Source of the DNA: Camelus dromedarius
Lineage: Eukaryota
Direction: 5' to 3'
Length of the DNA stretch: 64,000 nucleotides
Assembly (NCBI RefSeq): GCF_036321535.1
Contig: NC_087437.1
Coordinates: forward strand, 115,384,001 to 115,448,000
Shown: one piece after another, positions 22,301 to 35,300 of the stretch
Numbering within the stretch: the stretch's first letter is position 1
Layout: each line of letters starts with the position of its first letter
The notes under the pieces: model-generated
The model's database searches: none
Told to the model about the DNA's origin: nothing
Seen by the model: only the letters and a program-made list of their open reading frames with translations
Position numbers and translations under genes: made by a program

Positions 22301-25300
22301 CCCCACCGCCTCTCCTGCTCAGAAACTGTGAGGGCAGGAGTCTTGTCTGTAGGAGGAGCAGGCCCGGAGCCCACTGCAACTCTGCTCACCCATCACGCCC
22401 GCCCCGCTGAGGTCTTCCTCTGCGGAGAACCAAGGAAGGCGCCCTTGTCTCTGCTGAGGCCCTGCCTCGGGAACGTGCAGGTAAGTCCAAAGCAGGTGTG
22501 CTTCAGGGCTGCCAAACAAGAAACACCCGTGAGGGCGACTCCAAGCCAGAAGCAGCTGACTCATCTTACCTCCTGGAGGGAGGCCGGGGCTTGAAACTGG
22601 GCCAGCCCTTGGCCTTGGCAGGAGAGCCTTCTCCACAGAGCAGTTGGTATTTATTACCCAGGCATCTGGGGCAGGACACTTCAAAGAGACAGGCTTGCTC
22701 TTTCTGACATGTGCTTTTGTGTCAAACAGAGGTGTCATTGTTTTCAGCAAATACCGTGGGATTCGAATGAATACCATTCTGTTTTCCAACTCTTTTTCCC
22801 TCCATTTTTCAAAAATTATGTGTAAAGGCATTTTGCCCAATTCCTTCAGCCCTCTATTTCAGCTTCTGTTTATTTGGTGTGGTAGAAAGGTCTTAATTTA
22901 GATCTCCCTGCCACCAGCTCCAAGCTCTGTGTCCTGAAGTGCCAGGCCATGCCAGTGGGCCAGCCGGCAGCCCCCGGAGAAAGCAAGCAACTGAACAGGC
23001 CGGCATTGTGCTTCCAGACACTGGTGCGGCCCCAGCGCCAGCGGGACTCCGGCTTTTACTGGGGCCTCACTGGGGGCCACAGTGCTTTTGCTTCCAGTTT
23101 CAAAACTACCACACATCCTCTAAATTGGCCAGACGTTTGGAAGCTGAGGCATAACACTTGCTACAACCCTTCCCTGTGAGAGACATGGCCGCTGAACCCT
23201 GTTTCCTGGGCCTGTATGAGACGGCTGAGCCTGTCTCCTCCTCGTCCCCACTGTGGACCTCTCCTGGGTCAGGGGCCTCGTCACCCCTTCCCTTCTCCCA
23301 GGGAGCCCCCGCGCATCCTGGCAGTACTCCCTGGGAGTGAGCCGTGTGGCCCTGACATTTTGATGGGCTGTCCATCCATTCACGCGTCAAACCTCTCTGT
23401 CCTGTCTAGCAAGTGCGGGCAATGTTCTTGATGCCAGAGTTAGAACAGGGGACGGAAGAGAGGAGGGGCCTGTCCTTAGGTCCTCGACGTTCCAGTGGGG
23501 AGCCCAGCATCAGCTGTGGAAGTAGATACCTGGTATGTCTGATAACCTGAAGAAAGATGTGGCTGGATGGGGATGAGGCAGTGTGTATGGGAGAGGAGTC
23601 ACGTTCACGTTTTCAGGCAGAGGCCGGGGTAAATTTGAGTGCAGCCCTGGAGGAGATGAAGCGGAGCTGTGGAGGAAGGGGAGGAGGGCGGGGGTCCCGG
23701 CAGACGGACAGCAGGAACAGAGCCTGCCAAGGAGGGCCCTGCTGGTGTTTAAGGAGAGCAGGAGGCCAAGGTCACCCATTGCTCTCGGGGACTGTGCAGA
23801 GGTGGGACTGTCCTGCAGGGACAGGACACCCAGATGAGGGGTTGGGGCTTGGGCCTGAGACCAGCCGATGTGGAGGCAATTCACGGCCTGAGGGTGACCC
23901 CTTGTTAAATGTTAGTTCTACACATGGGCTCAGGTCACAGGGGACTGGCCACAGGCCGAGCAGGGGGCATTTCTGATAAAATCAGCAGTATTCCATCAGC
24001 CTCCTAACAGCCTTTGCTTCCACCCTCCACACCCGGCCCCACTCCCACCTCCCTCTAGTCACTTGGAATTCTGGGCCCAGTCAGGCCCCAGAGACCCAGC
24101 TTCACTGGGGTCTGCCCTCCAGGGCTATGGGGACACTGGTGGGCCCACATATCTTGGGCCAGAGCCCCATCACTCACTGCCACCCTCCACCCGAGGTCAT
24201 CAGTGTCATTCTCACTTCATGTCCCGCACCTGGACTTGCCCCACCCAGCCCCTGGCCTGCAGCACCCAGTGCCCTCCCAGTGCTCCCACTGCGGGCAGAC
24301 ACCCGAAGCTCCCGTCTCATCCCGCCACACTGCCTGCATCTCAGTGGTGTGGCTTTGGCAACTTATTTAACCTCTTGGAGCTTCAATTTCCACGTTCTTA
24401 CCGCGAGGATTAAGTGAGTGTGCTTGCCCATAGTAGCTGCTCAATAGACAGACTCACAGCCAGTTTTTCCATCCTCTCAATCTGAAACTGTACCCACTAA
24501 ACCCTCGCTCCCTTGGATTATATACTGGATACTGTGGCTGCTCCATTGCCGACAGTCTGTATTTGGTTGTCTTCCCTTAAAGAATGTGCAGTTTTATTCT
24601 GAAAGGCAGTTAATTTGCTGAGTGCTCTTAACTTCCCAGCCTTGTTAGTAATCTTAGTCGGGGGAGGTTTAGAGCACCCTTGCCCTGGTGCTGGAGGAGC
24701 CCCACTAATGAGGGCTGTCCTTTCTCAGGTCACAACTAACGACCAGGACATTAGGCAAGGTCTCTCCGCTCCAGCTGGGCGGGACTCCAGGGCCTCCAGC
24801 ATCGTGTATGATTTCCAATCTCCATTTCACAGCCCCCCCGGGAGCACTTCTTTGCCAGGCCCCATGGAGGCCTGTCCCACACACACAGCTTCGTGTTTGG
24901 CTCAGGCTCCAGGGAACTTCCGTGTCAATTCCTGGGGCCCCTCTGTGCAGTCTGTGCCCTCGTTTGTAGCCTGCCCTGCGGATTCCGGCCTCCTCGGCAG
25001 CCCTGACCTCCCACCTCTTTTACCTGTGCCCCGTGAGAGCCAGGCCGCTGTCGGGTCCCTTCCCTGTGCCACCGGATGGAAAGTGTCCCCAAGCAGAAAG
25101 CCACGGTGAATGTCCACGCACATCATGTTTCACTTTCCTTGGGGACCATCATAGTCCTATAATGGTTTTTGCCCAAAGTCTGAAAGCAGTTGCTTCATAT
25201 TTGTCCATTTTATATTTTATTGGAAGGGAGTAAGTCCCTGAACTGTTCTTCGGTTCTGACCAGACCTGAAAATCCTGGAGAGCATTTAAATAACAGGATG

Positions 25301-27219
25301 TCCTACACACCATTTGAAGTTGTCTGCATTTCCGTACTACAGATGCCTCCTCAGCCCTCCTGCTTCTTAATGAAACCTGTTGCAGGTACAAATCTGTGTG
25401 AGTCAAGGTTTTGTGGGAGGAACAGATTGAGGAGGAGAGTCATGAGTCAGTGAGGTGTGGAACAAAGCAGCTGAAACCTGGAGCAAAGGCTGATATAGGA
25501 ACAGAAACCCCGTGGAACTGGCTAGTTTATTTATTATTGGAGGAAATTTGGGTTTTGACAGGGCAGGGCAAAAATAAAAGGATTCAACTTAATCTTGTGT
25601 GACTCAGAGGTCCCAGAAGTCCTGCCCACACCTCAGGCACCTCGGTCTTCCCCGCAGCCCTGACAGGGGCTTCTGCTTAGAAGATAGTGAGAAGTGATCG
25701 CAGAAACACAACGAATAAATGAATGAAGTGAGTTTCTGTTCTCACTTCAAAGACAAGAGACTAGTTTCCTATATATTTCTGTGATTTTTTTTCTCGAATG
25801 GTCAAAAGATTTTAGATTTAAGTTCTGATATCAAACCCTCTTATATCCTAATGCCCTTCCTCCCATGCCACACTCTGAAAGGGGCTGGCTTTTCCTGTCC
25901 CCAGACGCTCCTGCATGTCAGGGCCGCCTGGCTGGGCCGCCCCAGAGGCGGGGCCAGGATATTCGAGCCTTGGGCTCCTTGACAGGGCAGCTGGCGGGGG
26001 CCTCCGTTTGCAGGAAAGGGCCCCATAGGGCAGGGAGGAGAGGAGAGGAAAATGACTGTGCAGAATGGAATCTGCAGCTTGTCTGCTGCTCTGAACCGGA
26101 GCCCTGAGGCTCTGCCAGCCTGGGGGCCAGGCCCCGCGAAAGGGGAGCCCACAGAGCCCCTAATATGGCAATCCCATGTCCACCATGAGCCGGGAGGGGC
26201 AAGGCTGGGGCCCGGCGGGCTGGCCCTGGGGCTCGGTGGCTTGCCCTGCCCGACTTTCTCGTGCATTCTCAGCAAGCCTTGCCCTTCCTCCTTAGGCTGT
26301 CAGAACGGGAGCCACCATGAGTTTGCGGGTCTGAGGGGGCAGAGCCAGGCTCAGGAGCCACAGGCTGCGGGACAGGATCGGGGAGGGGCAGGAGGGAGGG
26401 CCTGGGAACCACTGCCCTGTGATGTGAAATATACTGGGGGCAGGACCACAGCCCGCAGAGCCTGAGCCCCGATAAAGGTGATAAATGCAAAAGCTGGAAA
26501 CTCCTGTGCCTCCTGCCAGTTGTCACCACACCAATTCTAAAAATAGTCTCTACAATCCTAAGGAAGCCATGAGAGGAGAAATTGACTGGGTTATTTTTAA
26601 ATCTCACGTATGTGTTAGATTGGCTGTAGGCTCCGAGGTTCTGGCTGTCAAACCCTCTGACCTGGTGATGGCTCACCATCGCTCGGCTGGTGCATTCCCC
26701 GGGACGGCAGCGTCCAAACACAGGAACTTAACATGAGGAAACCCCGCTAACATCTAGACTTTGGGGCTAAATAATACAGAACTGCTCCCTCCCCTTTTCC
26801 CGCCTTGTTTCCTCACAGCCTGAAGATCACCAGGGTCTAGTGGAAAGAGTCAGAATCTTGGAGAGGAGCAGATGTGAATTTAATGCCTGGCTAATGGCTT
26901 CATTTAGTGAGCATCGCTCGGAGCCATTAGTATATTACACAGCTGATCCCAGGACCGTGCAAGGTGGGGAAAGTGTCTGAAACAGAACCCTTTCCTGTCC
27001 CAGACTTGTTCGCAGAGTATCCTTCAGGGTGTCCGGTTGAAGCCATCACTCAGTCGGAGTTTGCAGGGCCCAGGAGAGCCTGTGGACTCAGCTCATCCAC
27101 AGGTGGAAACCTCAGTAGTTCTTAACCATGTTCTACTCAACGAGAGTCCCTGGAAGCATCCTATGACCAGGATCCCCAGACCAAGTAAATCTTCTTCTTT
27201 AGGGGTGAGATCCACATTA

Positions 27220-27580
27220 TAGCCTGATTTGTGTCACCCCACATTCCGAGGCCTTAACCCCCATGTGATTATACTTCAAAGTAGAGCCTTTAAATAGGTA
27301 ATTAAGGTTAAATGAGACCATAAGGGCAGAACCCTAATCCAATAAGGTGGTGCCCTCATAAGAAAAGGAAGCGACACCAGAGATCCCATGAGGGCACAGT
27401 GAGAAGGCAGCTGTTTGCAAGCCAACGAGACGGGGAGACCTCAGGAGAACCCAAACCTACAGACACCTTGATCTGGGACCTGGGACTTCCAGCTCCCAGA
27501 ACTGTGAGAGAATGAATTCTTGTGTAAGTCAGCCAGCATGTGACATTTTGCTGTGGCAGCCCTTGCAAATGAATACAGTC
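27220..27580 (+). mobile_element. MaLR MLT1(A-C)-type solo LTR
   Basis: taattaaggttaaatgag, ccctaatccaat, acaccttgatct..ggacttccagctcccagaactgtgagagaatgaatt, and end gcagccct..aatgaataca. Confidence 0.8.
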
Positions 27581-27586
27581 CAGCAT

Positions 27587-28013
27587 CAGCATTTTTCCTT
27601 TTTCAGAATAACTTCGGCTCTTCTAGGTTTTTTGCATTTCCAAATACAATTTAGAAGTAGATCGTCACTCTCTACATAAAGCCTGCTGGGGGTTTTCAGA
27701 TTACATTGAATCTGTGGATCAATTTTGGAAGAATAAATACCTGAACAATGTTGATTCTTCCAATTCCTAAATAGGATATATCTCTCCATTAATTTGGATC
27801 ATTTTTAATTTCTCTCATCAATGTTTCGTTTTCAGTCTGGTCTTTCATATCTTTCATTAAATGTATCCTAAGTATTCTATGTATTTTGATGCTACGGGAA
27901 ATGCTATTTTAAAACTTCATTATCTAAAAAAACTAGTGTATTGCTGGCACAGAGAAATACAATTTTTGTATACCGACCTTGTATCCTGCAACCTTGATAA
28001 ATATTTTAATTCC
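27587..28013 (-). mobile_element. Old L1M ORF2 relic, left part (continues at about 30738-32250)
   Basis: Degenerate L1 ORF2 text (ttgaatctgtggatcaattttgg, cttgtatcctgcaacctt). ORF 27586..27789 is L1-like. Confidence 0.75.
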
Positions 28014-28020
28014 AGTAGTA

Positions 28021-30729
28021 TTTTTTAGTGATTCAGTTATATTTTCATATATATTTTCATTTTATGTTATTATCATAACATTCTTTTTCATTGTAGGCTA
28101 TTACAAGCAATTGACTATAGTTCCCTGTGCTCTACAGTAGGACCTTGTTGTTTATCTACTTTTATGTAAGAATTTATACCTGCTAATCCCAAACTCCCAA
28201 TTTATCCCACCCCCCAAGTCTTTCTCCTTTGGTAACCATAAGTTTGTTTTCTATGTCTATGAATCTGTTTCTGTTTTATAAATAACTTCATTTGTGCCAT
28301 TTTTTTAGATTCCACATATAACTGATACTATGTGGTATTTAACTTTCTCTAACTTACTTCACTTAGTATGATAATCTCTAGGTCCATCCATGTTGCTGCA
28401 AATGGCAATATTTCATTCTTTTTTATACCTGAGAAGTATTCCATTGTATATATACACCACATCTTCTTCACCCATTCATGTGTCAATGGACAGTTAGGTT
28501 GCTTCCATATCTTGGCCATTGTAAACAGTGCTGCTATGAACATTGGGGTGCATGTATATTTTCAAATTACAGTTTTCTCTGGATATATGCTCAGGAATGG
28601 GGTTGCTGGATCATATGCAACTCTATTTTTAAGGAACCTCCATAGTGTTTTCTATAGTGGCTGCACAACTTCTCATCCCCACCAACAGTGTAGGAGGGTT
28701 CCCTTTTCTCAACACCCTCACCAGCATTTAGTGTTTGTAGACTTTTTGATGATGGCCATTCTGACTGGTGTGAAGTGATACCTCTGTAGTTTTTGATTTG
28801 CTTTTCTCAAATAATCAGCAATATTGAGCATCTTTTCACGTGCCTATTGGTCATCTGTATGTCTTCATTGGAAAATGTCTGTTTTAGTCTGCTGCCCATT
28901 TTTTTGATTGGGTTGCTTGTTTTTTTGTTACTGAGTTGTGTGAGCTCTTTGTATATTCTGGAAGTTAAGCTCTTGTCAGTCACATTGTTTGCAAATGTTT
29001 GCTCCCAGTCCATATATTGTCTTTTCGTTTTCTTTATGGTTTCTTTTGTTGTGCAAAAGCTTATCAGTTTAATTAGGGTTACGCCTCCAGCTTCATTCTT
29101 TTTTCTTCAGTATTGCGTTGGCAATTCTGGGTCTTTTGTGGTTTCATATAAATTTTAGGATTATTTGTTCTAGTTCTGTGAAAAATGTCCTGGTTAATTT
29201 GATAGGGGTTACATTAAATCTGTGGATTGCTTCGTGTAGTATGGCCATTTTAACAACATTAATTCTTCCAATCCAAGAGCATGGGCTATCTTTAAATTAT
29301 CTTTAATATCCTTTATCAGTGTTTTATGGTTCTCAATGTCTTTCTTCTCCTTGGTCAACTTTATTCCTAAGTATTTTTTAAATGTGATTTCAAAAGGGAT
29401 TTTTTTTTAACATTCCTTTGCTGATATTTAATTGTTAGTGTAAAGAAATGCAACAGATTTCTGTATGTTGATGTTGTTACCTGCTTCCTTGCTGGATTTG
29501 TTTATCAGCTCTTATAGTTTTTGTGTTGAGTCTTGAGGGTTTTCTATATATTGTATCATGTTATCTGCATATAGTGACAATTTACCTTCTTTCCAATTTG
29601 GATCCCTTTTATTTCTTTTTCTTATCTGATTGCTATGGTTAGGACTGCCAATACTATGTTGAATAGAAGTGGTAAGAGTGGGCATCCTTGTCTTGTTCCA
29701 GATTTTAGCAGAAAGGCTTTCAAGTTTTCACCATTGAGTATTATGTTGGCTGTGGGTTTGTCATAAATGACTTTTATTATGTTGAGATATGTTCTCTCTT
29801 ACACCCACTTTGGTAAGAGTTTTTATCATGAATGGATGTTGAGTCTTATCAAATGATTTTTCTGCATCTATTGAGATGATCATGTGGTTTTTGTCCTTTC
29901 TTTATTGATGTGATGTATCGCATTGATTGATTTGCATTTGTTGAACCAACCTTGTGACCCTGGGAGGAATCTGACTTGATCAGTGTATGATGTTTTTAGT
30001 GTGTTGTTGGATTCAGTTTGCTAACATTTTCTTGTGAATTTTTGCATCTATATTCACCAAATATATTGGCCTGTAATTTTCTTTGTTTGTAGTGTCTTTG
30101 TCTGGTTTTGGTATCAGGGTAATGGGGCTTCATAGAATGAATTTGGGAGTGTTCCCTCCTCATCAGTCTTTTGGAAGAGTTTGAGAAGGATCCATGTAAG
30201 TTCTTTGTATGTTTCATAGAATTCCCCAGTGAAGCCGTCCAGTCCTGAACTTTTGTTGGCAGAGAGTTTTTTAAATTACAGATTCTATTTTACTTCTTGT
30301 AATTAGTCTATTCATATTATCTATTTCTTCTTGATTAAGTTTTGATGGGCTATATGTTTCTAGAAACATGTCCCTTTCTTCTAGGTTGTCCAATTTGTTT
30401 GCATATAATTGTTCATAATATTTGCTTATTTTTTTTGTATTTCTGTGGTATCAGTTGTAATTTCTCCTCTTTTCATACCTTATGTGTTTATTTGGGTCCT
30501 TTCTCTTTTCTTCTTGGTGAGCCTAACTGGAGGTTTCTTGATTTTTTTTTTTTTTTTTTTACTCTTTCAAAAAAACAGCTCTTGGGTTTATTGAGTTTTT
30601 TCCTGTTTTTTTAATCTCTATTTTATTTATTTCACCCCTGATCTTTATTATTTCTTTCTTTCTGTTGACTTCAGGTTTTGTTTGTTCTTCTTTCTCTAAT
30701 CATTTTAGGTGGTATGCTGGGTTGTTTCT
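28021..30729 (-). mobile_element. Younger 5'-truncated LINE-1 nested in the old L1M, with an internal deletion near 29078
   Basis: ORFs 28349..28543 ([16 protein letters not shown]) and 28807..29013 are L1 ORF2 C-terminal pieces. The flanks share agtagtat (28014-28021 and 30730-30737). Confidence 0.9.
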
Positions 30730-30737
30730 AGTAGTAT

Positions 30738-32250
30738 CTTTTATTCCTTAGAATATTCTATGTAGACATTCATGTCTGGAAGTAGAGGCAGTTTTACTTT
30801 TTCCCTTCCAATTTTATGGCTTTTATCTTTTTCATGACTTAATGCACTGGCTAGAACCTCCTCACCTTGTTCCCAGTTTTAGGGGAAAAGAACTGAGTCT
30901 TTCATCATTAAATATGATGTTACCTATAGGTTGTCCATTGGATGCTCTTTATCCAGTTAAGGAAATTTCCTTCATATTCCTAGTTTGTTAAGAGTTTTTT
31001 TCTTTTCTTTTTTTTTAATCATTAATAGATGTTGAATTTTGCCTGTTTTTTAGTGATCATATGGTTTTTTTCCTCTTTTATTTTGCTAATGCAATAAATC
31101 ACATTGATTTTCAATTTTGAACCTCCAATAAGCCCTATTTGTTCAGGATGTATACATTTATATGTTGCTAGAATATATTTGATAATATTCTATTGAAGAT
31201 TTTTGTATCTGTGTTCATGAAGGATATGAGTCTGTAAATTTCTTTGTTGGAATGTCTTTGTCAGGATGTGGTGTTAGGGTTTTGTTGACCTCATAAAACA
31301 AATTGCAAAGTGTTTCTTTTTTCTTAAAGAGTTTGAGTAATGTTGGTATTATTTCTTTGTTAAATGTTTGCTAATTTGGATTATCCTCTGTGGAAGTTTT
31401 TTTTTTATAGTGAATATATTTAAAATATATAGGAACATTCCCATTTTCCATTTTTGAGTCAGTTATGGTAATTTTTGTCTTTCAAGGAATTTTTCCAGTT
31501 CATCTAAATTGTCAAATTTTTTGAGATAAAGCTATTTAAATATTTCCTTATTATCCTTTTTATATCTAGAGGACTGTTAGGTATTTCTTCTTTCCTACTA
31601 GTGGTTATTATTTTTTTTTCCTTCATTAGTTTTGCTGGCTTATCAATTTTACTGATCTTCTCGAGGGACTAAATTTTGGCTTTGTTAATTTTTCTGTTGT
31701 TTATTGCTGTTCTTTTCTGGCTTCTTAGATCATTGGTTTTAAACTTACTGTCATTTCTACTATATGCACTTAAATGATAAATTTCCCTCTAAGGCATGCT
31801 CTAGATGCATCTTAGAAATTTTGATATGTTCTTTTCCTTTTCATTCAGTGCAAAATATTTTCTAAATTCCCTTATGATATTTTCTTTGATCCATGGATTA
31901 TTTAGAGGTGTATTTAATTTCCAGTATTTGAAGTTTATCTACATATCTTATGGTGATATAATTTAATTATATTGAACTACTATGATCTAATATAATTTGT
32001 GATGTGAGAACATACTTTGTATGATTTGAATCACTTTAAATGTATTTTTTTTTTAATTTTTGGGGGGAGAGGTAATTAGGTTTATTTATTTAGTTAGTTA
32101 TTTTAATGGAGGTACTAGGGATTGAACCCAGCACCTCCTGCATGCTAAGCATGTACTCTAACTACTGAGATATATTCTCCCCAGCTTTTAAATGCATTGA
32201 GATTTGTTTTATGGCCCAATTTATGAACCATCTTGGTGAACATACTAAGT
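30738..32250 (-). mobile_element. Old L1M ORF2 relic, right part (interrupted by a SINE)
   Basis: Degenerate L1 text: gcactggctagaacctcc, taaatttccctctaag, ttgagatttgttttatggccc. Confidence 0.72.
32047..32184 (-). mobile_element. tRNA-derived SINE (camelid vic-1-like)
   Basis: Reverse strand reads ggggagaatatatctcagtagttagag...gggttcaatccc (A/B boxes), then an aaacctaattacc tail and poly(A). TSD tttaaatgYatt at 32035-32046 and 32187-32198. Confidence 0.88.
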
Positions 32251-32449
32251 GACTTGAGTCAGTGCTACCAGAGGGGAATTTGAAACATTGCCAAAGAGGG
32301 ATCCAGGGGCAAACTTGGGGGGTGAGGGGCATCCATGGAGTTCAGGGCCACTGACACATGGAGTGTGCAGCTGAGAGGTGGGAGGAGGCTGGGAGATGGG
32401 CAGGCCCTGGGAGCTTCATCCTGTAGGGCAGGGTGGTGCCCTGCCGCCT

Positions 32450-32925
32450 GCCCCAGAGTAGGTATTTTGGAGATACGTGAGGATATTTATGGTTGATACA
32501 ATGATTGGGAGTCAAGTGGGGAGGACCAGAGATGTGGGATATTGTGCAGTGAGCTGGGTAATCCCACAGAGTGAAGACTGGCCTGTTGCCCAGTAAGACT
32601 CTCCAAAGTCCCACCAAGCTCAGTGTACACATTAGTGCTGCTGTCCATTAATGCAAATCACACATCACATTTTAAGTTTCCTTATAGTGGAATTAAAAAA
32701 GTAAAAAAAAAAAACAAGTAAAATTAATTTTGGCAGTATATTTTATTTAACCCAGTATATCCAAAATATTTCAACCAACATAAACAATATGTTATTATTG
32801 AGATATATTACATCCTTTAAAAAAAATTCTAAATCTAGTCTACAGCATCCAGAGTAGCTAGATTTCAAATGCTCAGGAGCCACATGTGGCTTGTGGCTTA
32901 TGGTTACTGAACTGGACAGTTCAGG
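32450..32925. mobile_element. Adjacent hAT-Charlie MER relics (MER20/MER5-like, then MER3/MER33-like)
   Basis: tgctgtcca...aaaaaagtaaaaa...taacccagtatatccaaaatatt...agccacatgtggct...tggacag. Confidence 0.6.
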
Positions 32926-34009
32926 TTGAGGTCCTAACTTCATTTGCTGTATAGAAATATCCTGTGTCTTTTGAAATTTAATATACTTGAATTTTCCAGA
33001 AATGTGTTACTATGCAAACAGAGGCTTGAGGTTTGACTGTACTTTCTTTTTTTCATGAACTTTACCAAGAATTATTCACCATTTTGGAAAATGATATCAT
33101 CCAACAGCCTCCCATCATGGTGTCTGAGTCCCAGCACAAAACAGCTGACTCAGCTGTACCTGTCACTGCCACATTCACGGTGATCCTACCTGTGGGGACA
33201 GACAATGTTCTGTCTTGATGTCTTCCAGTTTATCTGTGCCTATGCGTCTACTTACTGAAATACATATTATTTTATAACACATTACTTTTATGTCTTCTGT
33301 ATGTTATAGTAGAACATTAATGTTTGAAAATTATGTGTGTAAGTGGCTCCTACCATGTATTCATTTCTTATCAGGTTACTATAGGAGATATTTAAATACA
33401 TTCAACTAATATAAAACTATTGCAAATCATGTAAATATTGGTTATAAATTAAAATATACAGGAATATAGGGATGCTGTGCTGGAGGCAGGGGAAAGGCCC
33501 TGGAGGCCATGGAGCAGAGGATGTGCCCTGATTTAGTTAAGTCCCTCCCTTTCTGGAAGCAGAAAAGAAATCAGAACTGGTCTCGATTGTTGGGACGGAG
33601 AAAAGGGGCAGATAATTTGCTTTATTCACTTTTTAAAATATGAATACCACACCAAAAGTTCTCTGTAGAAAACTTGGTGATGCCTTCTGATTATTTTCCA
33701 AGGTAAAGCCTTTCCCAGAAAATATCTCCTCCCATGTAAAGTGACTTTTTAAATACCATTTTTTTCTTACCAAACCAAATATTTACCTTAAAATAGCAGG
33801 CCCTCTTTTCACCCTCTCACTTTGGAATCTATTTCCTGGTCTTAATCTGATTACCTCCACCAGCATCTTAAGAGTTTCCTCCTCTGAGAATTTCCCTTTT
33901 AAAGTTGGGTGGAGCCGTTAATTGTTCCTTTGAAGCCCCGGAGTGTTTCGTAATGAAATCACTCAGTCCCCAGTTAGGCAGCTTACAGAGGAAGATGTAT
34001 TTTAGGCTT

Positions 34010-34079
34010 TTACATTTTTCTCAGTGGCAATAAAAATAAAAGAATTACATTTTTCTCAGCGGCAATAAAAATAAAAGAA
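34010..34079. repeat. 35-bp direct tandem duplication (1 mismatch)
   Basis: ttacatttttctcagYggcaataaaaataaaagaa at 34010-34044 and 34045-34079. Confidence 0.95.
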
Positions 34080-34559
34080 CACGACTCCTTAATACAGATG
34101 TAGTAACTAACAGAACAACATGAAAACATATTTTTAGGATATTACAAATACAAATTCAGAATTTCTCAGACCCTTTAACTCTATTTTTTAGTCGGTCTTA
34201 CCCTAAAGTAAGAAGCCTGTGAAAACAAGGGCCCTCTGCTTAACACCGGCCCATCCCCACCCCACGGTGAGTGAGCAATGAGTATTTGTTGATTCAGTTG
34301 TTCTATTTGTCCTTAACTCCTCACTGCACATTTTGAGGGAGAGATAATGGCCACCATTCACCCAGCACTTTTTGGGGGCGGGGCCCTGGGCCAGCTGTTT
34401 GACTCCTACGAGGTGGGAGTGACGGTCCATATTTTATAGATGAGAAAAGATTTGATTTATTTCCTATGTGCTGCAGAGGCAGGCCCGGGGATCACATGCA
34501 GTCACTAACTAAATGTGGTTGAGCTAATTCAGGTTCTAAGCTCATCTGTTTTTTCAGAG

Positions 34560-35110
34560 CACTGGCCAGGTCGGCGGCACTAACCGCAGGTCGGTGATCT
34601 CATCGCTCTTCTCCGGGCTTTTATTCAACAAACACTTGCTGAGCACCTGCCCCGCACAAGGCCTGGCAGACTTACCGAGGCCTCTAATGCTGTGTGATGT
34701 AAGCTGGGCCCAAGGGTGGGGAAGGAAAACCTTGTTCCCCAAGTTACTGATCCATATCCGAGGGTGAAGTTACAGAGCTGCCAGAAAGCACCGTCCCCGG
34801 CGAGTGATGCCCCAGCGCGGGCGTGGGCCTCGGGCTCCGCGGCAGAAGCGCCCCTGCCCGGCCTGGGCTCTCGTCTCAGTGGTTAGAGCAATCAAACTGG
34901 GGCCTATGGGCTTTTACAAGCCCCGCCCCACAGGCCCCCAACAGGCCGCCGCGGCTGAGGACCAGTGTACCTGCAGATGCTGGCCCCCAGGACGAGTGAA
35001 TCAGTCACAGGCAAATCAGGCCTGGGAGGAGTTTCCGTGAGACGTGCCCTGGTTACCTCTCTCCCCGAAGGCAGCGGCCTGCTGGGGACTCCAGTGGCTG
35101 GGAGTGGGAA
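34560..35110. promoter_or_regulatory. Small intergenic CpG/GC-rich element, candidate promoter or enhancer
   Basis: Local CpG cluster at 34790-34955 in an AT-rich L1 neighbourhood. GC box gccccgcccc at 34920-34929. Confidence 0.35.
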
Positions 35111-35300
35111 CGCAAGCACTTACCGCTAGGGGACCTTGGGCAAGTCACACCAACCTCGCACTGCCTCAGTTTCCTCATCTAAAAGATGGGGACATAAGAG
35201 TACTCTCTGCACAGGCTCGTAGTGAGAACTAGGACTGAATACACGCACGGCACCTGGAACAGTGCCTGCCGCGTGGTAAGTGCTAGGGAAGTGTTAGCTG
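35110..35300 (+). mobile_element. MIR SINE core
   Basis: gaccttgggcaagtcac..aacctc...tgcctcagtttcctcatct..aagatgggga. Confidence 0.7.

Noticed and set aside
21535..26721. Many 100-170 aa ORFs in the GC-rich intergenic segment
   Set aside because: Pro/Gly/Ala/Arg-rich frames on both strands with no homology and no consistent splice structure. Expected from low stop-codon density.
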